A stretch of DNA of 64,000 nt, taken from assembly GCA_965207675.1 (NCBI GenBank), contig CBDBMY010000008.1, positions 8,545 to 72,544 on the forward strand. The letters run 5' to 3'. Each line of letters starts with the position of its first letter. Positions within the stretch are counted from its first letter, which is position 1. The notes under the pieces were generated by a model. The model saw nothing but the letters and a program-made list of their open reading frames with translations, searched no databases and was not told the origin of the DNA. This stretch comes from Vicinamibacterales bacterium. Its GTDB lineage: Bacteria; Acidobacteriota; Vicinamibacteria; Vicinamibacterales; UBA8438. The position numbers and the translations under genes are program-made. Shown here one piece after another: positions 10,848-22,816 of this stretch.

Positions 10848-11297
10848 TCACCCCGTCACGACCTCCGTCCGGCCGCCGGCCCCGGCGATGAGCTCGGCCG
10901 CCTTGCGGCTGAACTTGTGCGCCTTGACCGTCAACGCGATGTCCAGGCCTCCCCGGGCCAGGACCTTGACGAGCCCGGCGTTCGACCGCACCAGGCCCGA
11001 CTCCCGCAACAGGTCCGGCGTCACCTCGGTATCGGCCGCGAACCGCTCGGCCAGCGTGTCCAGATTGACGACGGCGTACTCCACCCGGAACCGATTGTAG
11101 AACCCCCGCTTCGGCACGCGGCGGTGCAGCGGCATCTGGCCGCCCTCGAACCCGCGCTTCCGGCGGTATCCCGACCGGGACTTCTGCCCCTTGTGCCCCC
11201 GCCCCGACGTCACCCCGGTACCGGAGCCGTAGCCCCTGCCCACGCGCTTCTTCCGGCGGCGGGCACCGGTGGGCGGTCTCAGATCGCTCAAGCTCAT
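10848..11297 (-). CDS. rplO: 50S ribosomal protein L15
   Basis: Inner part of ORF 10848..11471, from ATG 11297: MSLSDLRPPTGARRRKKRVGRGYGSGTG... Confidence 0.94.
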   Translation of the reverse strand: MSLSDLRPPTGARRRKKRVGRGYGSGTGVTSGRGHKGQKSRSGYRRKRGFEGGQMPLHRRVPKRGFYNRFRVEYAVVNLDTLAERFAADTEVTPDLLRESGLVRSNAGLVKVLARGGLDIALTVKAHKFSRKAAELIAGAGGRTEVVTG

Positions 11298-11325
11298 CGT
11301 CAGCCCTCGCAGCCCGTGGCGGAAG

Positions 11326-11369
11326 CGCCGCTGCATTCGAGCGGCGACGCATCCCGCCTGCGCCCGGCA
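11326..11369 (-). repeat. Family B intergenic repeat, copy 1
   Basis: Plus strand: cgccgctgcattcgagcggcgacgcatcccgcctgcgcccggca. Followed by a Family-A-like 3' module (ccgtcgccttcggctccgattgccgccc). Confidence 0.75.
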
Positions 11370-11497
11370 ACCGTCGCCTTCGGCTCCGATTGCCGCCCAG
11401 CCATGCCTGCCGGGCGTCTGCACCGTGACCGGCGCAGACACCCGGTTGCGTTGTTCGTCGGTTGCATACACCTCATATGCGCGCTCCTCTCGCCTTG

Positions 11498-11755
11498 TCA
11501 GGCGGGCGCCTCGCCACTCTCTGTGCGAACGCGGGGTTCCTCCACGGGCAGCTCGGTCACGCGGACCAGATGCCGAACCTTCCGGATCATGCCGCGGATG
11601 GACGGCAGGTCCTGCAGCTCGACGGTGTGGTTCAACCGCCGCAAGCCCAGACCGCGCACCACCTTCGTCTGACGCCTGTCGAACCCGATCGTGCTGCGCA
11701 CCAGCGTCACGCGCACGCGCCCGGCACTCGCGGCTTTCGTAGTAGTCGTCTCCAT
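11498..11755 (-). CDS. rpmD: 50S ribosomal protein L30
   Basis: Inner part of ORF 11498..11797, from ATG 11755: ...[25 protein letters not shown]...[13 protein letters not shown]. Start choice is uncertain. Confidence 0.85.
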   Translation of the reverse strand: METTTTKAASAGRVRVTLVRSTIGFDRRQTKVVRGLGLRRLNHTVELQDLPSIRGMIRKVRHLVRVTELPVEEPRVRTESGEAPA

Positions 11756-11761
11756 CTGCCC

Positions 11762-11806
11762 CGTCCCAGCCCGCCCTGCACCGTCGTTCTGCGGCACAGA
11801 CTCCTA
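11762..11806 (-). repeat. Family A repeat, 5' module only (after rpsE stop)
   Basis: Sense strand: TAGGAGTCTGTGCCGCAGAACGACGGTGCAGGG... The TAG is the rpsE stop codon. Confidence 0.75.
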
Positions 11807-12319
11807 GACCGCCGTCAACTCCTCGAGATCGATACCGCGCAGCCGCGCCACCGAAACCGGATCCTTCAGCTCCATGAGTCCGGTGAAGGTGGCCCGCACG
11901 ACGTTGTGCGGATTCTGCGTCCCCAGAGACTTGGTCAGGATGTTCTGCACGCCGGCCGACTCCAGGACCGCGCGCACGGCGCCGCCGGCGATGATGCCGG
12001 TGCCTTCGGGAGCCGGCTTCAGCAGCACGCGGCCGGCCCCGAAGCGCCCGACCACCGTGTGGGGTATCGTCGTGCCGGCGAGGGGCACGCGGAGCAGCGC
12101 CTTCTTGGCCGCTTCGATCCCCTTCTTGATGGCCGACGGCACCTCCTTGGCCTTGCCGACCCCGAACCCGACCACGCCGTGGCCGTCGCCCACGACCACG
12201 AGGGCGCTGAAGCTCAGGTTCTTGCCGCCCTTGACCACCTTCGTGACGCGGTTGATGGAGACGACCGTGTCCTTCAGGTCGAAATCGTTGGGGTCGATCT
12301 TGGCTCGCGTATGGTTCAT
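11804..12319 (-). CDS. rpsE: 30S ribosomal protein S5
   Basis: Inner part of ORF 11804..12451: ...[33 protein letters not shown]... Start is ATG 12319 (alternative ATG 12349). Confidence 0.9.
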   Translation of the reverse strand: MNHTRAKIDPNDFDLKDTVVSINRVTKVVKGGKNLSFSALVVVGDGHGVVGFGVGKAKEVPSAIKKGIEAAKKALLRVPLAGTTIPHTVVGRFGAGRVLLKPAPEGTGIIAGGAVRAVLESAGVQNILTKSLGTQNPHNVVRATFTGLMELKDPVSVARLRGIDLEELTAV

Positions 12320-12384
12320 GGCATGTCCCGGCAGCCTTTGTTCACCCATGCCGGCAGGATGATCGTTCCCGGCGGCGGCAACGG

Positions 12385-12420
12385 CCCCGCCGCATTCCAG
12401 CGGCGATGCGTCCCGCCTGA
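12385..12420 (-). repeat. Family B intergenic repeat, copy 2
   Basis: Plus strand: ccccgccgcattccagcggcgatgcgtcccgcctga, followed by a gactcc...ggagtc inverted repeat. Confidence 0.7.
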
Positions 12421-12522
12421 CTCCGTTGCTCCCCGGCGGAGTCCATCGCACCGCCTCGTCGGGCCCGGCGTTCCCTGAAGCCTGCCGGCGCGTCGGCGCC
12501 GGGCGGCGTTCACCGCGGGCCG

Positions 12523-12897
12523 CTAGAATCGCAGCCCGGCCTCCCTCGCCGCGTCTGCGACCTTGCGGACCCGGCCGTGATACAGAAACCCGCCCCGATC
12601 GAAGACGACGCTCCTGATGCCCTTGTCGAGCGTCCGCTCCGCGATCAGCCGTCCCACCACCCCGGCGCCGGCCACGTTTCCGCCCGAGGCACCGTCCGTG
12701 AAGCTCGCCTTGATCGCGGGCTCGGTGCTCGACGCCGACGCCAGCGTGATGCCGTTCGAGTCGTCGATGACCTGGACCGCAATGTGCCCCAGGCTCCGGA
12801 AGACCGACATCCGCGGGCAGCCCGGCGTCCCCTTGATCTTCTTGCGCTGGCGCAGTGCAATCCGGCGGCGCCGGTCCTTCTTCGTCTTGACCTTCAT
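12523..12897 (-). CDS. rplR: 50S ribosomal protein L18
   Basis: Inner part of ORF 12523..13341, from ATG 12897: [21 protein letters not shown]...[26 protein letters not shown]. Confidence 0.94.
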   Translation of the reverse strand: MKVKTKKDRRRRIALRQRKKIKGTPGCPRMSVFRSLGHIAVQVIDDSNGITLASASSTEPAIKASFTDGASGGNVAGAGVVGRLIAERTLDKGIRSVVFDRGGFLYHGRVRKVADAAREAGLRF

Positions 12898-12921
12898 GAC
12901 ACGTTCGACCCCGCGAGCCGG

Positions 12922-13027
12922 CCCGCCAATCGTCGCCGAACGCGACCGCAAGGTCGCGCCGCGGCCTCCGCCTGGCGCCCGGCCGACCCCTACAGGAGTC
13001 CGCGCCGTTCTGCGGTGCAGGCTCCTA
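12922..13027 (-). repeat. Family A repeat (after rplF stop), with GCGACC-GCAA-GGTCGC hairpin module
   Basis: Sense strand: TAGGAGCCTGCACCGCAGAACGGCGCGGACTCCTGTAGGGGTCGGCCGGGCGCCAGGCGGAGGCCGCGGCGCGACCTTGCGGTCGCGTTCGGCGACGATTGGCGGG. Confidence 0.85.
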
Positions 13028-13561
13028 GGCTCCCGTCTTGCCGACCTTCTTCTTGAGCACCTCGCCGGTGTAGCGAATCCCCTTCTGCTTGTACGGGTCC
13101 GGCTTGCGGAGGCTCCGAATGTCGGCGGCCACCTGTCCGACCGCCTGGCGGTCCACGCCCGACACCACCAGATGCGTCTGGTTCTCCACCGCCACCGAGA
13201 TGCCGTCGGGCACTTCGAACACCACCGGGTGCGAGTATCCGAGCGACATCGTGAGCCGCTGGCCGGCCACCTCGGCCCGGTAGCCGATGCCCACGATGTC
13301 CAGCTCCTTCTTGAACCCCGACGACACGCCGGCGACGGCATTCGCGACGAGACTGCGCCCGAGGCCGTGGAACTTGGCCATCCCGCGCTCCTCGCGCTCG
13401 GGGCGCGCTCGCAGGACCCCGTCCTCCATCTCGATCACGACGCCCGGCGGCAACGGTTGCCGCATCGTCCCCTTCGGCCCCTTGGCCTCGACCGCGTCCG
13501 CCGTGATCTGCACGGTCACTCCGGCCGGAATCGGGATCGGCCGCTTGCCTACTCGCGACAT
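13025..13561 (-). CDS. rplF: 50S ribosomal protein L6
   Basis: [19 protein letters not shown]...; full-length L6. Confidence 0.97.
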   Translation of the reverse strand: MSRVGKRPIPIPAGVTVQITADAVEAKGPKGTMRQPLPPGVVIEMEDGVLRARPEREERGMAKFHGLGRSLVANAVAGVSSGFKKELDIVGIGYRAEVAGQRLTMSLGYSHPVVFEVPDGISVAVENQTHLVVSGVDRQAVGQVAADIRSLRKPDPYKQKGIRYTGEVLKKKVGKTGA

Positions 13562-13604
13562 CTCGTCACTCCAACGCCAGGGGGGACAGCCCCTGGCGAG
13601 AACC

Positions 13605-13647
13605 CCCGCCGCACTCGAGCGGCGATGCAGCCCTCCTGCGCCCGGCA
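13605..13647 (-). repeat. Family B intergenic repeat, copy 3
   Basis: Plus strand: cccgccgcactcgagcggcgatgcagccctcctgcgcccggca. A 9-bp perfect hairpin CGCCAGGGG/CCCCTGGCG lies at about 13575-13598. Confidence 0.7.
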
Positions 13648-13700
13648 GGCGCCGCCGACACCCTCCCGGCGCGCGGCGGCGCGGGTCTCGCCATGGGCCG

Positions 13701-14111
13701 TCACCAGACCTTGCACAACACTTCGCCGCCCACGCCCTTCTTCACCGCTTCGCGCCCGGTCATGACCCCGCGCGAGGTGGTGAGAATGCTGGTGCCGAGG
13801 CCGGCGAGAACCGGGGGCACGCTGTCCCGGCCGCAGTAGACGCGCCGGCCGGGCCGGCTGACGCGCTGAATCCCGGAGATGACGTTCTCGCCGCGCGATC
13901 CGTACTTCAGCTGGATGCGAATCATCGGACGCGCCTGCTGCCCCCGTTCGACGACCACGTCCACCATCTTGAACGACTGGATGTACCCCTCGCTCTGCAG
14001 AATCCTCGCGATCTCCGTCTTGAGCCGCGATGCCGGGACGTCCACGCGCCGGCGATGTGCGGTGGTCCCGTTGCGGATTCTCGTCAACATATCGGCGATC
14101 GGATCAGTCAT
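13701..14111 (-). CDS. rpsH: 30S ribosomal protein S8
   Basis: MTDPIADMLTRIRNG...; full-length S8. Confidence 0.97.
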   Translation of the reverse strand: MTDPIADMLTRIRNGTTAHRRRVDVPASRLKTEIARILQSEGYIQSFKMVDVVVERGQQARPMIRIQLKYGSRGENVISGIQRVSRPGRRVYCGRDSVPPVLAGLGTSILTTSRGVMTGREAVKKGVGGEVLCKVW

Positions 14112-14162
14112 GTCTCTCTTGTCTGTCGACCCCGCGCCCGGGCGACGCGGCGCCCGGCATCG

Positions 14163-14348
14163 TCACCAGCTGCTCTTGGTCACCCCTGCGATGTCGCCCT
14201 CGAGCGCGAGCCGCCGGAAGCACAGGCGGCACAGCGCGAACTTGCGGATGAACCCCCGCGGCCGCCCGCAAAGGCGGCACCGGTTGCGAAGCCGCACCTT
14301 GAACTTCGGCGGCTTTTCCTCCCTGACCATCTTCGCAATCGTCGCCAT
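14163..14348 (-). CDS. rpsN: 30S ribosomal protein S14, short zinc-binding (type Z) form
   Basis: 61 aa with CRLCGRPRG...CRLCFR. Confidence 0.95.
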   Translation of the reverse strand: MATIAKMVREEKPPKFKVRLRNRCRLCGRPRGFIRKFALCRLCFRRLALEGDIAGVTKSSW

Positions 14349-14368
14349 CGAGCTCCCCTCGCACCTTG

Positions 14369-14450
14369 CCCGCCCGTCGTCGCCGAACGCGACCGCGGGG
14401 TCGCGCTTCGGCCTCCCCGGGAACCGCGCCGCGCCACGGGCGCGCTCCTA
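14369..14450 (-). repeat. Family A repeat, degenerate copy (after rplE stop)
   Basis: Sense strand starts TAGGAGCGCGCC..., contains the GCGACC-loop-GGTCGC hairpin and ends ...GGCGACGACGGGCGGG. Confidence 0.6.
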
Positions 14451-14993
14451 ATTCGTTCGGAACGGCATCCCCATGAGCTGGAGGAGCCGGCGCCCCTCTT
14501 CGTCCGTGTTGGCGGTGGTCACCACCGAGATGTTCATCCCGCGCGACTTGTCGACCTTCATGTAGTCGATCTCGACGAACATCAGCTGGTCCGGAAGCCC
14601 CAGCGTGTAGTTGCCGCGTCCGTCGAACCCCTTGGGCGACACGCCGCGGAAGTCCCTGACGCGGGGCAGCGCGATGGAGATCAACCGGTCGAGAAACTCG
14701 TACATGCGATCGCGCCGCAACGTGACCACCGAGCCGATCGGCATCCCCTGACGCAGCTTGAACTGGGCTATCGACTTCCGGGCGCGGGTCGTCAACGGCT
14801 TCTGGCCGGTGATGCGCGTGAGGTCGTCGCTGCCCGCGTCGATCAGCTTCACGTTCTGCGTGGCCTCGCCGAGGCCCATGTTCACCACGATCCGCTGAAT
14901 CTTGGGCACCGCCATGACGTTGGCGTACCCGAACTCCTTCGTGAGCGCGGGAACCACGCTCTCGTGGTAGCGCGCTCTCAGTCGGCTAGTCAT
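14448..14993 (-). CDS. rplE: 50S ribosomal protein L5
   Basis: Inner part of ORF 14448..15014, from ATG 14993 (ATGA overlap with the rplX stop): [23 protein letters not shown]... Confidence 0.94.
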   Translation of the reverse strand: MTSRLRARYHESVVPALTKEFGYANVMAVPKIQRIVVNMGLGEATQNVKLIDAGSDDLTRITGQKPLTTRARKSIAQFKLRQGMPIGSVVTLRRDRMYEFLDRLISIALPRVRDFRGVSPKGFDGRGNYTLGLPDQLMFVEIDYMKVDKSRGMNISVVTTANTDEEGRRLLQLMGMPFRTN

Positions 14994-15322
14994 CGATCCA
15001 CGACCCCGTCGCACTTGCGGCAGATCCGAACCTTGCGGCCGTCACCGAGGAGGCGCTTGCCGATACGGGTGGGCGCGCCGCACTCCGGGCAGACGAGCTG
15101 AACGTTCGACGCGTGGAACGGCGCCTCGCGCTCCACGATGCCGCCCTTCACGTTCTGCCTGGGGTTGGGGCGGGTGTGGCGCTTGACGATGTTCACGCCC
15201 TCGACGATCAGCCGGTTCTTGGCCGGCACGAGCTGCAGGACGCGCCCCCGCTTCCCCCGGTCCCTGCCCGTGATGACGACGACGTTGTCGTTCTTCCGGA
15301 TGGGGGTCTGTAGTCTCGACAT
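14990..15322 (-). CDS. rplX: 50S ribosomal protein L24 (C-terminal CxxC...CxxC)
   Basis: ...[21 protein letters not shown]... KOW motif. The tail has CPECG...CRKCDG. Confidence 0.95.
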   Translation of the reverse strand: MSRLQTPIRKNDNVVVITGRDRGKRGRVLQLVPAKNRLIVEGVNIVKRHTRPNPRQNVKGGIVEREAPFHASNVQLVCPECGAPTRIGKRLLGDGRKVRICRKCDGVVDR

Positions 15323-15341
15323 GGCTCACACGCTCGCGGCT

Positions 15342-15710
15342 TCAGAGTACTTCCGGCGCCAGAGAGATGATTCTCATGAACTTGCGTTCCCGAAGCTCGC
15401 GCGCCACCGGCCCGAAGACCCGGGTCCCGATGGGCTCGCCCTGCTCGTTGACGAGGACCGCCGCGTTCCGGTCGAAACGGATGTAGCTGCCGTCTCGCCG
15501 GCGGTGCTCCTTCGCCGTCCTCACGATGACCGCCCGCACGACCTGGCCCTTCTTGACCGCCGACCGCGGAGCCGCTTCCTTCACCGACGCCGTAACGAGG
15601 TCACCCAGCTTCGCGAAGCGACCGGTCGACCCGCCGATCGGGTTGATGACCGCGATCTTCCGGGCCCCGGAGTTGTCCGCGACCTCGAGGATCGATTGCA
15701 TCTGGATCAT
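15342..15710 (-). CDS. rplN: 50S ribosomal protein L14
   Basis: Inner part of ORF 15342..15875, from ATG 15710: [19 protein letters not shown]... Confidence 0.96.
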   Translation of the reverse strand: MIQMQSILEVADNSGARKIAVINPIGGSTGRFAKLGDLVTASVKEAAPRSAVKKGQVVRAVIVRTAKEHRRRDGSYIRFDRNAAVLVNEQGEPIGTRVFGPVARELRERKFMRIISLAPEVL

Positions 15711-15802
15711 GGTTCTGTGCTCGCTCTGCCGGGGACCCGAACGCCTCGCGGCCCGCCCGTCGTCCCCTCCCGCCGCGCCGCCGCCCGGCCGCGCCGCGGG
15801 GA

Positions 15803-15935
15803 ACCTGCGCCCTTCCATGGCGCAGACTCCCGGACCGCCAATCGTCGCCTCCGGCTCCGCTTGGCGCCCAACCACCCCTGCCAGGAGGTCTGCGCCTTCT
15901 CCGGAGGCGGCACCGCTCTGCGGCGCCGACTCCTA
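15803..15935 (-). repeat. Family A repeat, long form (after rpsQ stop)
   Basis: Sense strand: TAGGAGTCGGCGCCGCAGAGCGGTGCCGCCTCCGGAGAAGGCGCAGACCTCCTGGCAGGGGTGGTTGGGCGCCAAGCGGAGCCGGAGGCGACGATTGGCGGTCCGGGAGTCTGCGCC... Confidence 0.85.
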
Positions 15936-16187
15936 GACCGTCTTCGCCCGTTCGACCACCCTCACGACGGCCCAGCGCTTGCGCCGGCTGAGGGGCCGGG
16001 TCTCGACGATGGAGACGACGTCGCCCTCTCTCGCGTAGTTGCCCGGATCGTGGGCCATGAACTTCGACGTCCGGCGCTGAATCTTGCCGTAGAGTCCGTG
16101 GCGCACGCGGCGCTCGACGGCCACGACGACGCTCCGATCCATCTTGCCGCTGACGACGACGCCCTGGATTTCTGCCTTAGTCCCCAT
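15933..16187 (-). CDS. rpsQ: 30S ribosomal protein S17
   Basis: ...[22 protein letters not shown]... Confidence 0.95.
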   Translation of the reverse strand: MGTKAEIQGVVVSGKMDRSVVVAVERRVRHGLYGKIQRRTSKFMAHDPGNYAREGDVVSIVETRPLSRRKRWAVVRVVERAKTV

Positions 16188-16416
16188 CGGCTGCTTCTTT
16201 CGTCTCGCTCGCCGGCGCCTCGATGCCGAGCGCGTAGCCGCGCAGGAGCGTCTTGACCCGGGCCAGGTCCTGCCGGGTCCGACGCAGCTTGTTGGCCGCT
16301 TCCTGCTGCCCCATCGACTTCTGCAGCCGAAGGCGGAACACCTCGTCGGCCAGCTCCCGCTCGCGCTGCTCGAGGTCCGACACGCCGAGCTCGCGGAGCT
16401 CCGTGATCGCGGTCAT
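16177..16416 (-). CDS. rpmC: 50S ribosomal protein L29
   Basis: [32 protein letters not shown]...; overlaps the rpsQ start by 11 nt. Confidence 0.93.
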   Translation of the reverse strand: MTAITELRELGVSDLEQRERELADEVFRLRLQKSMGQQEAANKLRRTRQDLARVKTLLRGYALGIEAPASETKEAADGD

Positions 16417-16838
16417 GACGCCTCACCCCCCCCGAACCGGGTGGCGAACCTGGTGTGGATGGGCAGCTTGGCCGCGGCCAGACGCATCGCCTGCCGCGCC
16501 ACCGGCGCTTCGACCCCTTCCATCTCGAACAGAATGCGGCCCGACTTGACGACCGCGACCCACTGCTCGGGCGCGCCCTTGCCCTTGCCCATCCGGGTCT
16601 CCTGGGGCTTCTTGGTGATCGGCTTGTCCGGAAACACCCGAATCCAGATCTTCCCGCCGCGCTTGATGGACCGGGTCATCGCCACCCGCGCGGCCTCGAT
16701 CTGACGATCCGTCAGCCAGCACGGCTCCATCGCCCTCAGGCCGTAGTCGCCGAACGCCACCGTCGAGCCCCGCCACGCCTTGCCCGTCATGCGCCCGCGG
16801 TGCTGCTTCCGGTGTTTGACTTTCTTCGGCATCAACAT
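16413..16838 (-). CDS. rplP: 50S ribosomal protein L16
   Basis: [19 protein letters not shown]...; ATGA overlap with the rpmC start. Confidence 0.97.
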   Translation of the reverse strand: MLMPKKVKHRKQHRGRMTGKAWRGSTVAFGDYGLRAMEPCWLTDRQIEAARVAMTRSIKRGGKIWIRVFPDKPITKKPQETRMGKGKGAPEQWVAVVKSGRILFEMEGVEAPVARQAMRLAAAKLPIHTRFATRFGGGEAS

Positions 16839-16885
16839 GACTGCTACCTCGCAGGTGCCCGGCGTCCCGGGCGGCGCATGCCTGA

Positions 16886-16988
16886 CCCGCCAATCGCCGC
16901 CTTTTCGGGGCCGCCTTGCGCCCGGCCGACCCTCCGGGGGAATCCGCGCCTTCTCCGGAGGCGGCGCCGTTCCACGCCCGGACGCCTA
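16886..16988 (-). repeat. Family A repeat (after rpsC stop)
   Basis: Sense strand: TAGGCGTCCGGGCGTGGAACGGCGCCGCCTCCGGAGAAGGCGCGGATTCCCCCGGAGGGTCGGCCGGGCGCAAGGCGG...GGCGGCGATTGGCGGG. Confidence 0.8.
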
Positions 16989-17666
16989 CACGCGGCCTCC
17001 GCGGCGCGGCACGCGGTACTCTTCGTCGCGGGCCAGCCGCGGCTCGTGACGATCGCCCTTGTACAGCCACACCTTCACGCCGATCTGGCCGTAGGTGGTG
17101 TTGGCTTCCGCGAATCCGTAGTCGATGTCCGCCCGCAGCGTCTGCAGCGGCAGCTGCCCGTGCAGATACCATTCGGTGCGGGCGATCTCCGCGCCGTTCA
17201 GGCGCCCCCCCACGCGCACCTTGATGCCGCGGCCCCCGAACCGCAGGGCCGACTCGACCGCCTTGCGCATCGCGCGGCGGAAGGCGACGCGCTTCTCGAG
17301 CTGCAGGGCGACCGACTCGCTGATCAACTGGGCATCGAGCTCGGGCTTCTGAATCTCCTGGATGTTGATGAAGACCTCGCGCTTGGTCCGCCGCTGGATC
17401 TCGGTCTTGAGCTTGTCGACCTCGGTGCCCTTGCGACCGATGATGATCCCGGGCCGCGACGTGCAGATGTCGATCTTCAACTTGTTGGCGGCGCGCTCGA
17501 TCTCGATCTTCGATACCCCGGCGTGCTTGAAGCGCTTCTTCAGGTCGGAGCGCAGCGAGAGGTCTTCGTGCAGGAGCTTGGCGTATTCGCGGTCCGCGTA
17601 CCAGCGCGACCGCCACGTCTTGTTGAACCCCAGCCTGAACCCGTACGGGTGTACCTTCTGCCCCAT
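16986..17666 (-). CDS. rpsC: 30S ribosomal protein S3
   Basis: Inner part of ORF 16986..18005, from ATG 17666: [24 protein letters not shown]... Confidence 0.96.
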   Translation of the reverse strand: MGQKVHPYGFRLGFNKTWRSRWYADREYAKLLHEDLSLRSDLKKRFKHAGVSKIEIERAANKLKIDICTSRPGIIIGRKGTEVDKLKTEIQRRTKREVFINIQEIQKPELDAQLISESVALQLEKRVAFRRAMRKAVESALRFGGRGIKVRVGGRLNGAEIARTEWYLHGQLPLQTLRADIDYGFAEANTTYGQIGVKVWLYKGDRHEPRLARDEEYRVPRRGGRV

Positions 17667-17700
17667 CTCGTCAACCCCTGGCCGCGCGTGCGGCGCAAAA

Positions 17701-17788
17701 CGTCCCGGCCCTCCAACCACCGCGGGCGGCTCTGTCCGACCCCGCAGACCCTCCGGGCGCCCGCGCCGTTCCCCGGCGCAGACTCCTA
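17701..17788 (-). repeat. Family A repeat, divergent copy (after rplV stop)
   Basis: Sense strand: TAGGAGTCTGCGCCGGGGAACGGCGCGGGCGCCCGGAGGGTCTGCGGGGTCGG...GGTGGTTGGAGGGCCGGG. Confidence 0.65.
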
Positions 17789-18238
17789 GTCGCGGGACCT
17801 CTTCCTCGGCCGCCGCGGAGAGCGCCGGCGGGAACCTCGTCGGGAAGAGCCCCCGCCCGCCCCGGAGCCGCCCTCCGAGGCAAGCATCTCCGGCCGCTCG
17901 GCGACGTGCACGGTCAGATGCGCTGTGCGCTTGACGATGCGGAATGCGCGGCCCATCGGGGCGGGTCGAATGCGCTTCATCGACGGCCCCTGGTCGGCGT
18001 AGCACTTGGACACGAACATGCGGTCGACGTCGCCCCCCGAGCCCTCCTTCTGCTCCGCGTTCGCCACCGCGGAGCGGAGCACCTTGGCGACGGCGACGGC
18101 TACGCGCTTCTGCGAGAAACGCAGGGTGGCCAGCGCCCGATCCACGCTCTGGCCGCGAATCAGGTCCATCACCAGCTTGGCCTTCTGGGCCGAGGTCCGG
18201 ACGTAACGCGCCGTGGCACGCCCTTCGATCATCGTCAT
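17786..18238 (-). CDS. rplV: 50S ribosomal protein L22
   Basis: Inner part of ORF 17786..18580, from ATG 18238 (ATGA overlap with the rpsS stop): [23 protein letters not shown]... Arg/Ser-rich C-terminal tail. Confidence 0.94.
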   Translation of the reverse strand: MTMIEGRATARYVRTSAQKAKLVMDLIRGQSVDRALATLRFSQKRVAVAVAKVLRSAVANAEQKEGSGGDVDRMFVSKCYADQGPSMKRIRPAPMGRAFRIVKRTAHLTVHVAERPEMLASEGGSGAGGGSSRRGSRRRSPRRPRKRSRD

Positions 18239-18528
18239 TTGCCCTTGCCGACGGAGGCGGCCTTGTCGCGCTTGCTCGTATGACCCCTGAACAAGCGGGT
18301 CGGCGAGAACTCGCCCAGCTTGTGCCCGACCATGTTCTCGGTCAGGTACACCGGGATGAACTTCTTGCCGTTGTGCACCGCGATCGTGTGCCCGACCATC
18401 TCGGGTATGACCGTCGAGCGTCGAGACCAGGTCTTGATGACCCGGCGGTCTCCGCTGTTGTTCATGCGTTCGACCTTCTCGAGCAGCGGTATGTCGACGA
18501 ACGGTCCCTTCTTCAGCGATCGACTCAT
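18235..18528 (-). CDS. rpsS: 30S ribosomal protein S19
   Basis: [19 protein letters not shown]...[11 protein letters not shown]... Confidence 0.97.
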   Translation of the reverse strand: MSRSLKKGPFVDIPLLEKVERMNNSGDRRVIKTWSRRSTVIPEMVGHTIAVHNGKKFIPVYLTENMVGHKLGEFSPTRLFRGHTSKRDKAASVGKGK

Positions 18529-18631
18529 TGACGCCTCGTCTCAATCCCGCCCGCGAACGGCTGCCCTGCGAACGCTCCACCTCCCGCCGCGCGCAGCGCC
18601 TCGCCGGCCGGCGCCCGGCGCGCGACGCTCC

Positions 18632-19462
18632 TCACTTGCGCCGCCGGCGGCGCTGGACGATGAACTTGTCCGACGGCTTCCGGCTCCGGGTCTTGTACCC
18701 CTTGGTCGGGACGCCCCACGGAGACACCGGGTGCCGGCCGCCCGCGGCCTTGCCCTCGCCGCCGCCGAGCGGGTGGTCGACGGGGTTCATCGCGACCCCG
18801 CGGACGTTGGGCCGGCGCCCGAGCCAGCGCTTGCGGCCCGCCTTGCCCAGCGATACGTTCTCGTGATCGACGTTGCCGACCTGTCCGATGGTGGCCACGC
18901 ACTCCTTCAGAATCCGGCGGATCTCGCCCGACGGCAGCCGCACCGACACGTACTCGCCTTCCTTGGCCACGAGCTGCACGCTCGCCCCCGCGCTGCGGGC
19001 GAGCTGCCCGCCCTTGCCCGGCTTGAGCTCGACGTTGTGCATCTGGGTGCCGAGGGGGATGTTCTTGAGGGGCAGGGTGTTGCCGGGAAGGATGTCGACG
19101 CGGTCGCCCGCGACGACGGTGTCGTTCACGGCCACGCCGGCCGGGTGCAGGATGTACCGCTTCTCGCCGTCCGCGTAGGTCACGAGCGCGATGCGCGCAG
19201 AGCGGTTGGGGTCGTACTCGACGGTCGTCACCCGGCCCGGCACGTCGTGCTTGTCACGCTTGAAGTCGATGATGCGATACGTGCGCTTGTGCCCTCCGCC
19301 CCGCTGCCAGATCGTGATGCGGCCGCGGTTGTTGCGGCCACCCGACTTGGGCAACGGTTCCGTCAGCGGCTTGTACGGCTTCGTCTCGGTGATCTCGTCG
19401 AACGTCTGCACCGTCTGGAAGCGCCGTCCCGCCGACGTCGGCTTGTACTTGCGGATAGTCAT
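18632..19462 (-). CDS. rplB: 50S ribosomal protein L2
   Basis: 276 aa; ...[15 protein letters not shown]...HPHGGGEG-like motif ([10 protein letters not shown]). Confidence 0.97.
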   Translation of the reverse strand: MTIRKYKPTSAGRRFQTVQTFDEITETKPYKPLTEPLPKSGGRNNRGRITIWQRGGGHKRTYRIIDFKRDKHDVPGRVTTVEYDPNRSARIALVTYADGEKRYILHPAGVAVNDTVVAGDRVDILPGNTLPLKNIPLGTQMHNVELKPGKGGQLARSAGASVQLVAKEGEYVSVRLPSGEIRRILKECVATIGQVGNVDHENVSLGKAGRKRWLGRRPNVRGVAMNPVDHPLGGGEGKAAGGRHPVSPWGVPTKGYKTRSRKPSDKFIVQRRRRRK

Positions 19463-19469
19463 GGTGCTT

Positions 19470-19760
19470 CTAGGCGCCTTCCAGGAACTCGGGCACGCTC
19501 TCGCCGTCGCGCAGCCGGACGTAGGCCTTCTTCCAGTCCGGACGCTGGCCCGAGAAGCGCCCCTGCCGCTTGATCTTGCCGTGATTGATGGACGTACGCA
19601 CGCTGGCGACCTTCGATCCGAGCAGTCGCTCGACCGCCTGCTTGATCTCGACCTTGGTCGCCCGCATCGCCACCTCGAGCACGATGATGCCCGTGTCCTC
19701 GCGCTGGATGGAGGTCTTCTCGGTGACGAGGGCCCGCCGAATGACTTCGGTCTCTCTCAT
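19470..19760 (-). CDS. rplW: 50S ribosomal protein L23
   Basis: Inner part of ORF 19470..20192, from ATG 19760 (ATGA overlap with the rplD stop): [17 protein letters not shown]... Confidence 0.94.
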   Translation of the reverse strand: MRETEVIRRALVTEKTSIQREDTGIIVLEVAMRATKVEIKQAVERLLGSKVASVRTSINHGKIKRQGRFSGQRPDWKKAYVRLRDGESVPEFLEGA

Positions 19761-20380
19761 GATGCCAGCACCTGAGTGAGCTTCTCGACCGCGGCGCGCG
19801 TCATCACCAGCTGACGGGCGTCGACGACGTCCCTCGCGCCGAGGCGCCCGGTCGCCACGAGACGGACGCCGCCGAGGTTGCGCACCGCCAGCGCGAGATT
19901 CGCATCCGGCTGCACGTCGACCAGCACCGCCTTCGAGGCCACGTCGAGGCGGTCGAGCAGCTCGACCGCGAGCCGGGTCCGCGGCTCGTCGACCCCGAGG
20001 CCATCGACGACGAGGACGTCCCCGCCCGCGAACTTCTCCGTCAGGGCGGCCCGCAACGCGCCCCGCACGACCTTCTTCGGCAACCTGTACCCGTAGCTCC
20101 GCGGTTGGGGCCCGAAAACGGCGCCGCCGGTGCGCCAGAGCGGATTGCGGCTCTCGCCCACCCGTGCGCGACCCGTGCCCTTCTGGCGCCACGGCTTCTT
20201 GCCGGTCCCGCTGACCTGCCCCCGCGTCTTCGTCGCGTGGGTGCCGCGCCGCTCGGCGGCCGACTGGTGCACCACCGATTCCCAGATCACGCTCCGGTTC
20301 GGCCGGCCGCCGAAGACGGCGTCACTGACCTCGACCGAGCCGATCTTCTCGTTCCGCAAATCAACGACATCCAGCGTCAT
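19757..20380 (-). CDS. rplD: 50S ribosomal protein L4
   Basis: 207 aa; ...THATKTRGQVSGTGKKPWRQKGTGRARVG... Confidence 0.97.
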   Translation of the reverse strand: MTLDVVDLRNEKIGSVEVSDAVFGGRPNRSVIWESVVHQSAAERRGTHATKTRGQVSGTGKKPWRQKGTGRARVGESRNPLWRTGGAVFGPQPRSYGYRLPKKVVRGALRAALTEKFAGGDVLVVDGLGVDEPRTRLAVELLDRLDVASKAVLVDVQPDANLALAVRNLGGVRLVATGRLGARDVVDARQLVMTRAAVEKLTQVLAS

Positions 20381-20402
20381 GGCCGCAACCCAGTCTGAGC
20401 TA

Positions 20403-21080
20403 CTACTTCTTCCGCGTCTTCGCCGACGCCTCGGCCGGCGCCACGCGCGTCGGCTTCGCGGCGACCGCCTTCCTGATCATGACCACGCCGCCCGGCGCGC
20501 CCGGAACCGCCCCCTTGACCACGAGCACATGCCGATCCGCATCCACGCGCAGCACTTCCAGGTTCCGGACGGTGACCCGGTCGCCGCCCATCCGCCCGGG
20601 TCCCCGCATGCCCTTGATGACCCGGGACGGATACGACGACGCTCCGATGGAGCCCGGCGCGCGGTGGAACATGGACCCGTGCGTCGCACGCCCCCCGCCG
20701 AAGCCGTGACGCTTCATGACGCCCTGGAAACCCTTGCCGCGGCTCACCCCCACGACGTCGACCCGATCGCCGTCCGCGAACACCGAGGCCGCCACCTGCT
20801 CGCCTTCCGCCGGTCCGTCGCCGTCCACGCCGACCTCGCGCCGAATCCGGGTCGGAGGCACGTTGGCCTTCCTGTAATGGCCCGCGATGGGCCGGTTGGC
20901 GTGGACCGGGAGGTCCTCGACGAGGCCGAGCTGCACCGCGGCATAGCCGTCGCGCTCCACCGTCTTCCGCTGCACGACGACGCACGGACCGGCCTTGATG
21001 ACCGTCGCCGGCATGAGCGCACCGTCGTCGGCGAACAACTGGGTCATTCCGATCTTCCGTCCGAGGATTCCGGTCACCAT
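20403..21080 (-). CDS. rplC: 50S ribosomal protein L3
   Basis: Inner part of ORF 20403..21221, from ATG 21080: [16 protein letters not shown]... Confidence 0.95.
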   Translation of the reverse strand: MVTGILGRKIGMTQLFADDGALMPATVIKAGPCVVVQRKTVERDGYAAVQLGLVEDLPVHANRPIAGHYRKANVPPTRIRREVGVDGDGPAEGEQVAASVFADGDRVDVVGVSRGKGFQGVMKRHGFGGGRATHGSMFHRAPGSIGASSYPSRVIKGMRGPGRMGGDRVTVRNLEVLRVDADRHVLVVKGAVPGAPGGVVMIRKAVAAKPTRVAPAEASAKTRKK

Positions 21081-21124
21081 GATCGTCTGCGTCCGTCCTG
21101 CCGGGGCTCCACCGGAAGTCCCGA

Positions 21125-21227
21125 CCCGCCATTCGCCGCCCCGGCTCCGCATGGCGCCCGACCGACGCGCCGGCGAGTCCGCGCCTGCTCCGAGGCGGGG
21201 CCCTTCACGGCGCACCGCCACGGGCTG

Positions 21228-21230
<3 letters not shown>
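21125..21230 (-). repeat. Family A repeat (after rpsJ stop)
   Basis: Sense strand: TAGCAGCCCGTGGCGG...CCGCCTCGGAGCAGGCGCGGACTCGCCGGCGCGTCGGTCGGGCGCCATGCGGAGCCGGGGCGGCGAATGGCGGG. The closing stem is CGCCAT/ATGGCG. Confidence 0.8.
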
Positions 21231-21557
<327 letters not shown>

Positions 21558-21615
21558 GGCTTCATGTGGGGCTCGACCCCGGGAGCATGTCTTCCTCCGG
21601 CCGCGGCGCGGACGC

Positions 21616-22803
<1,188 letters not shown>

Positions 22804-22816
22804 GCGATAGCCTCTT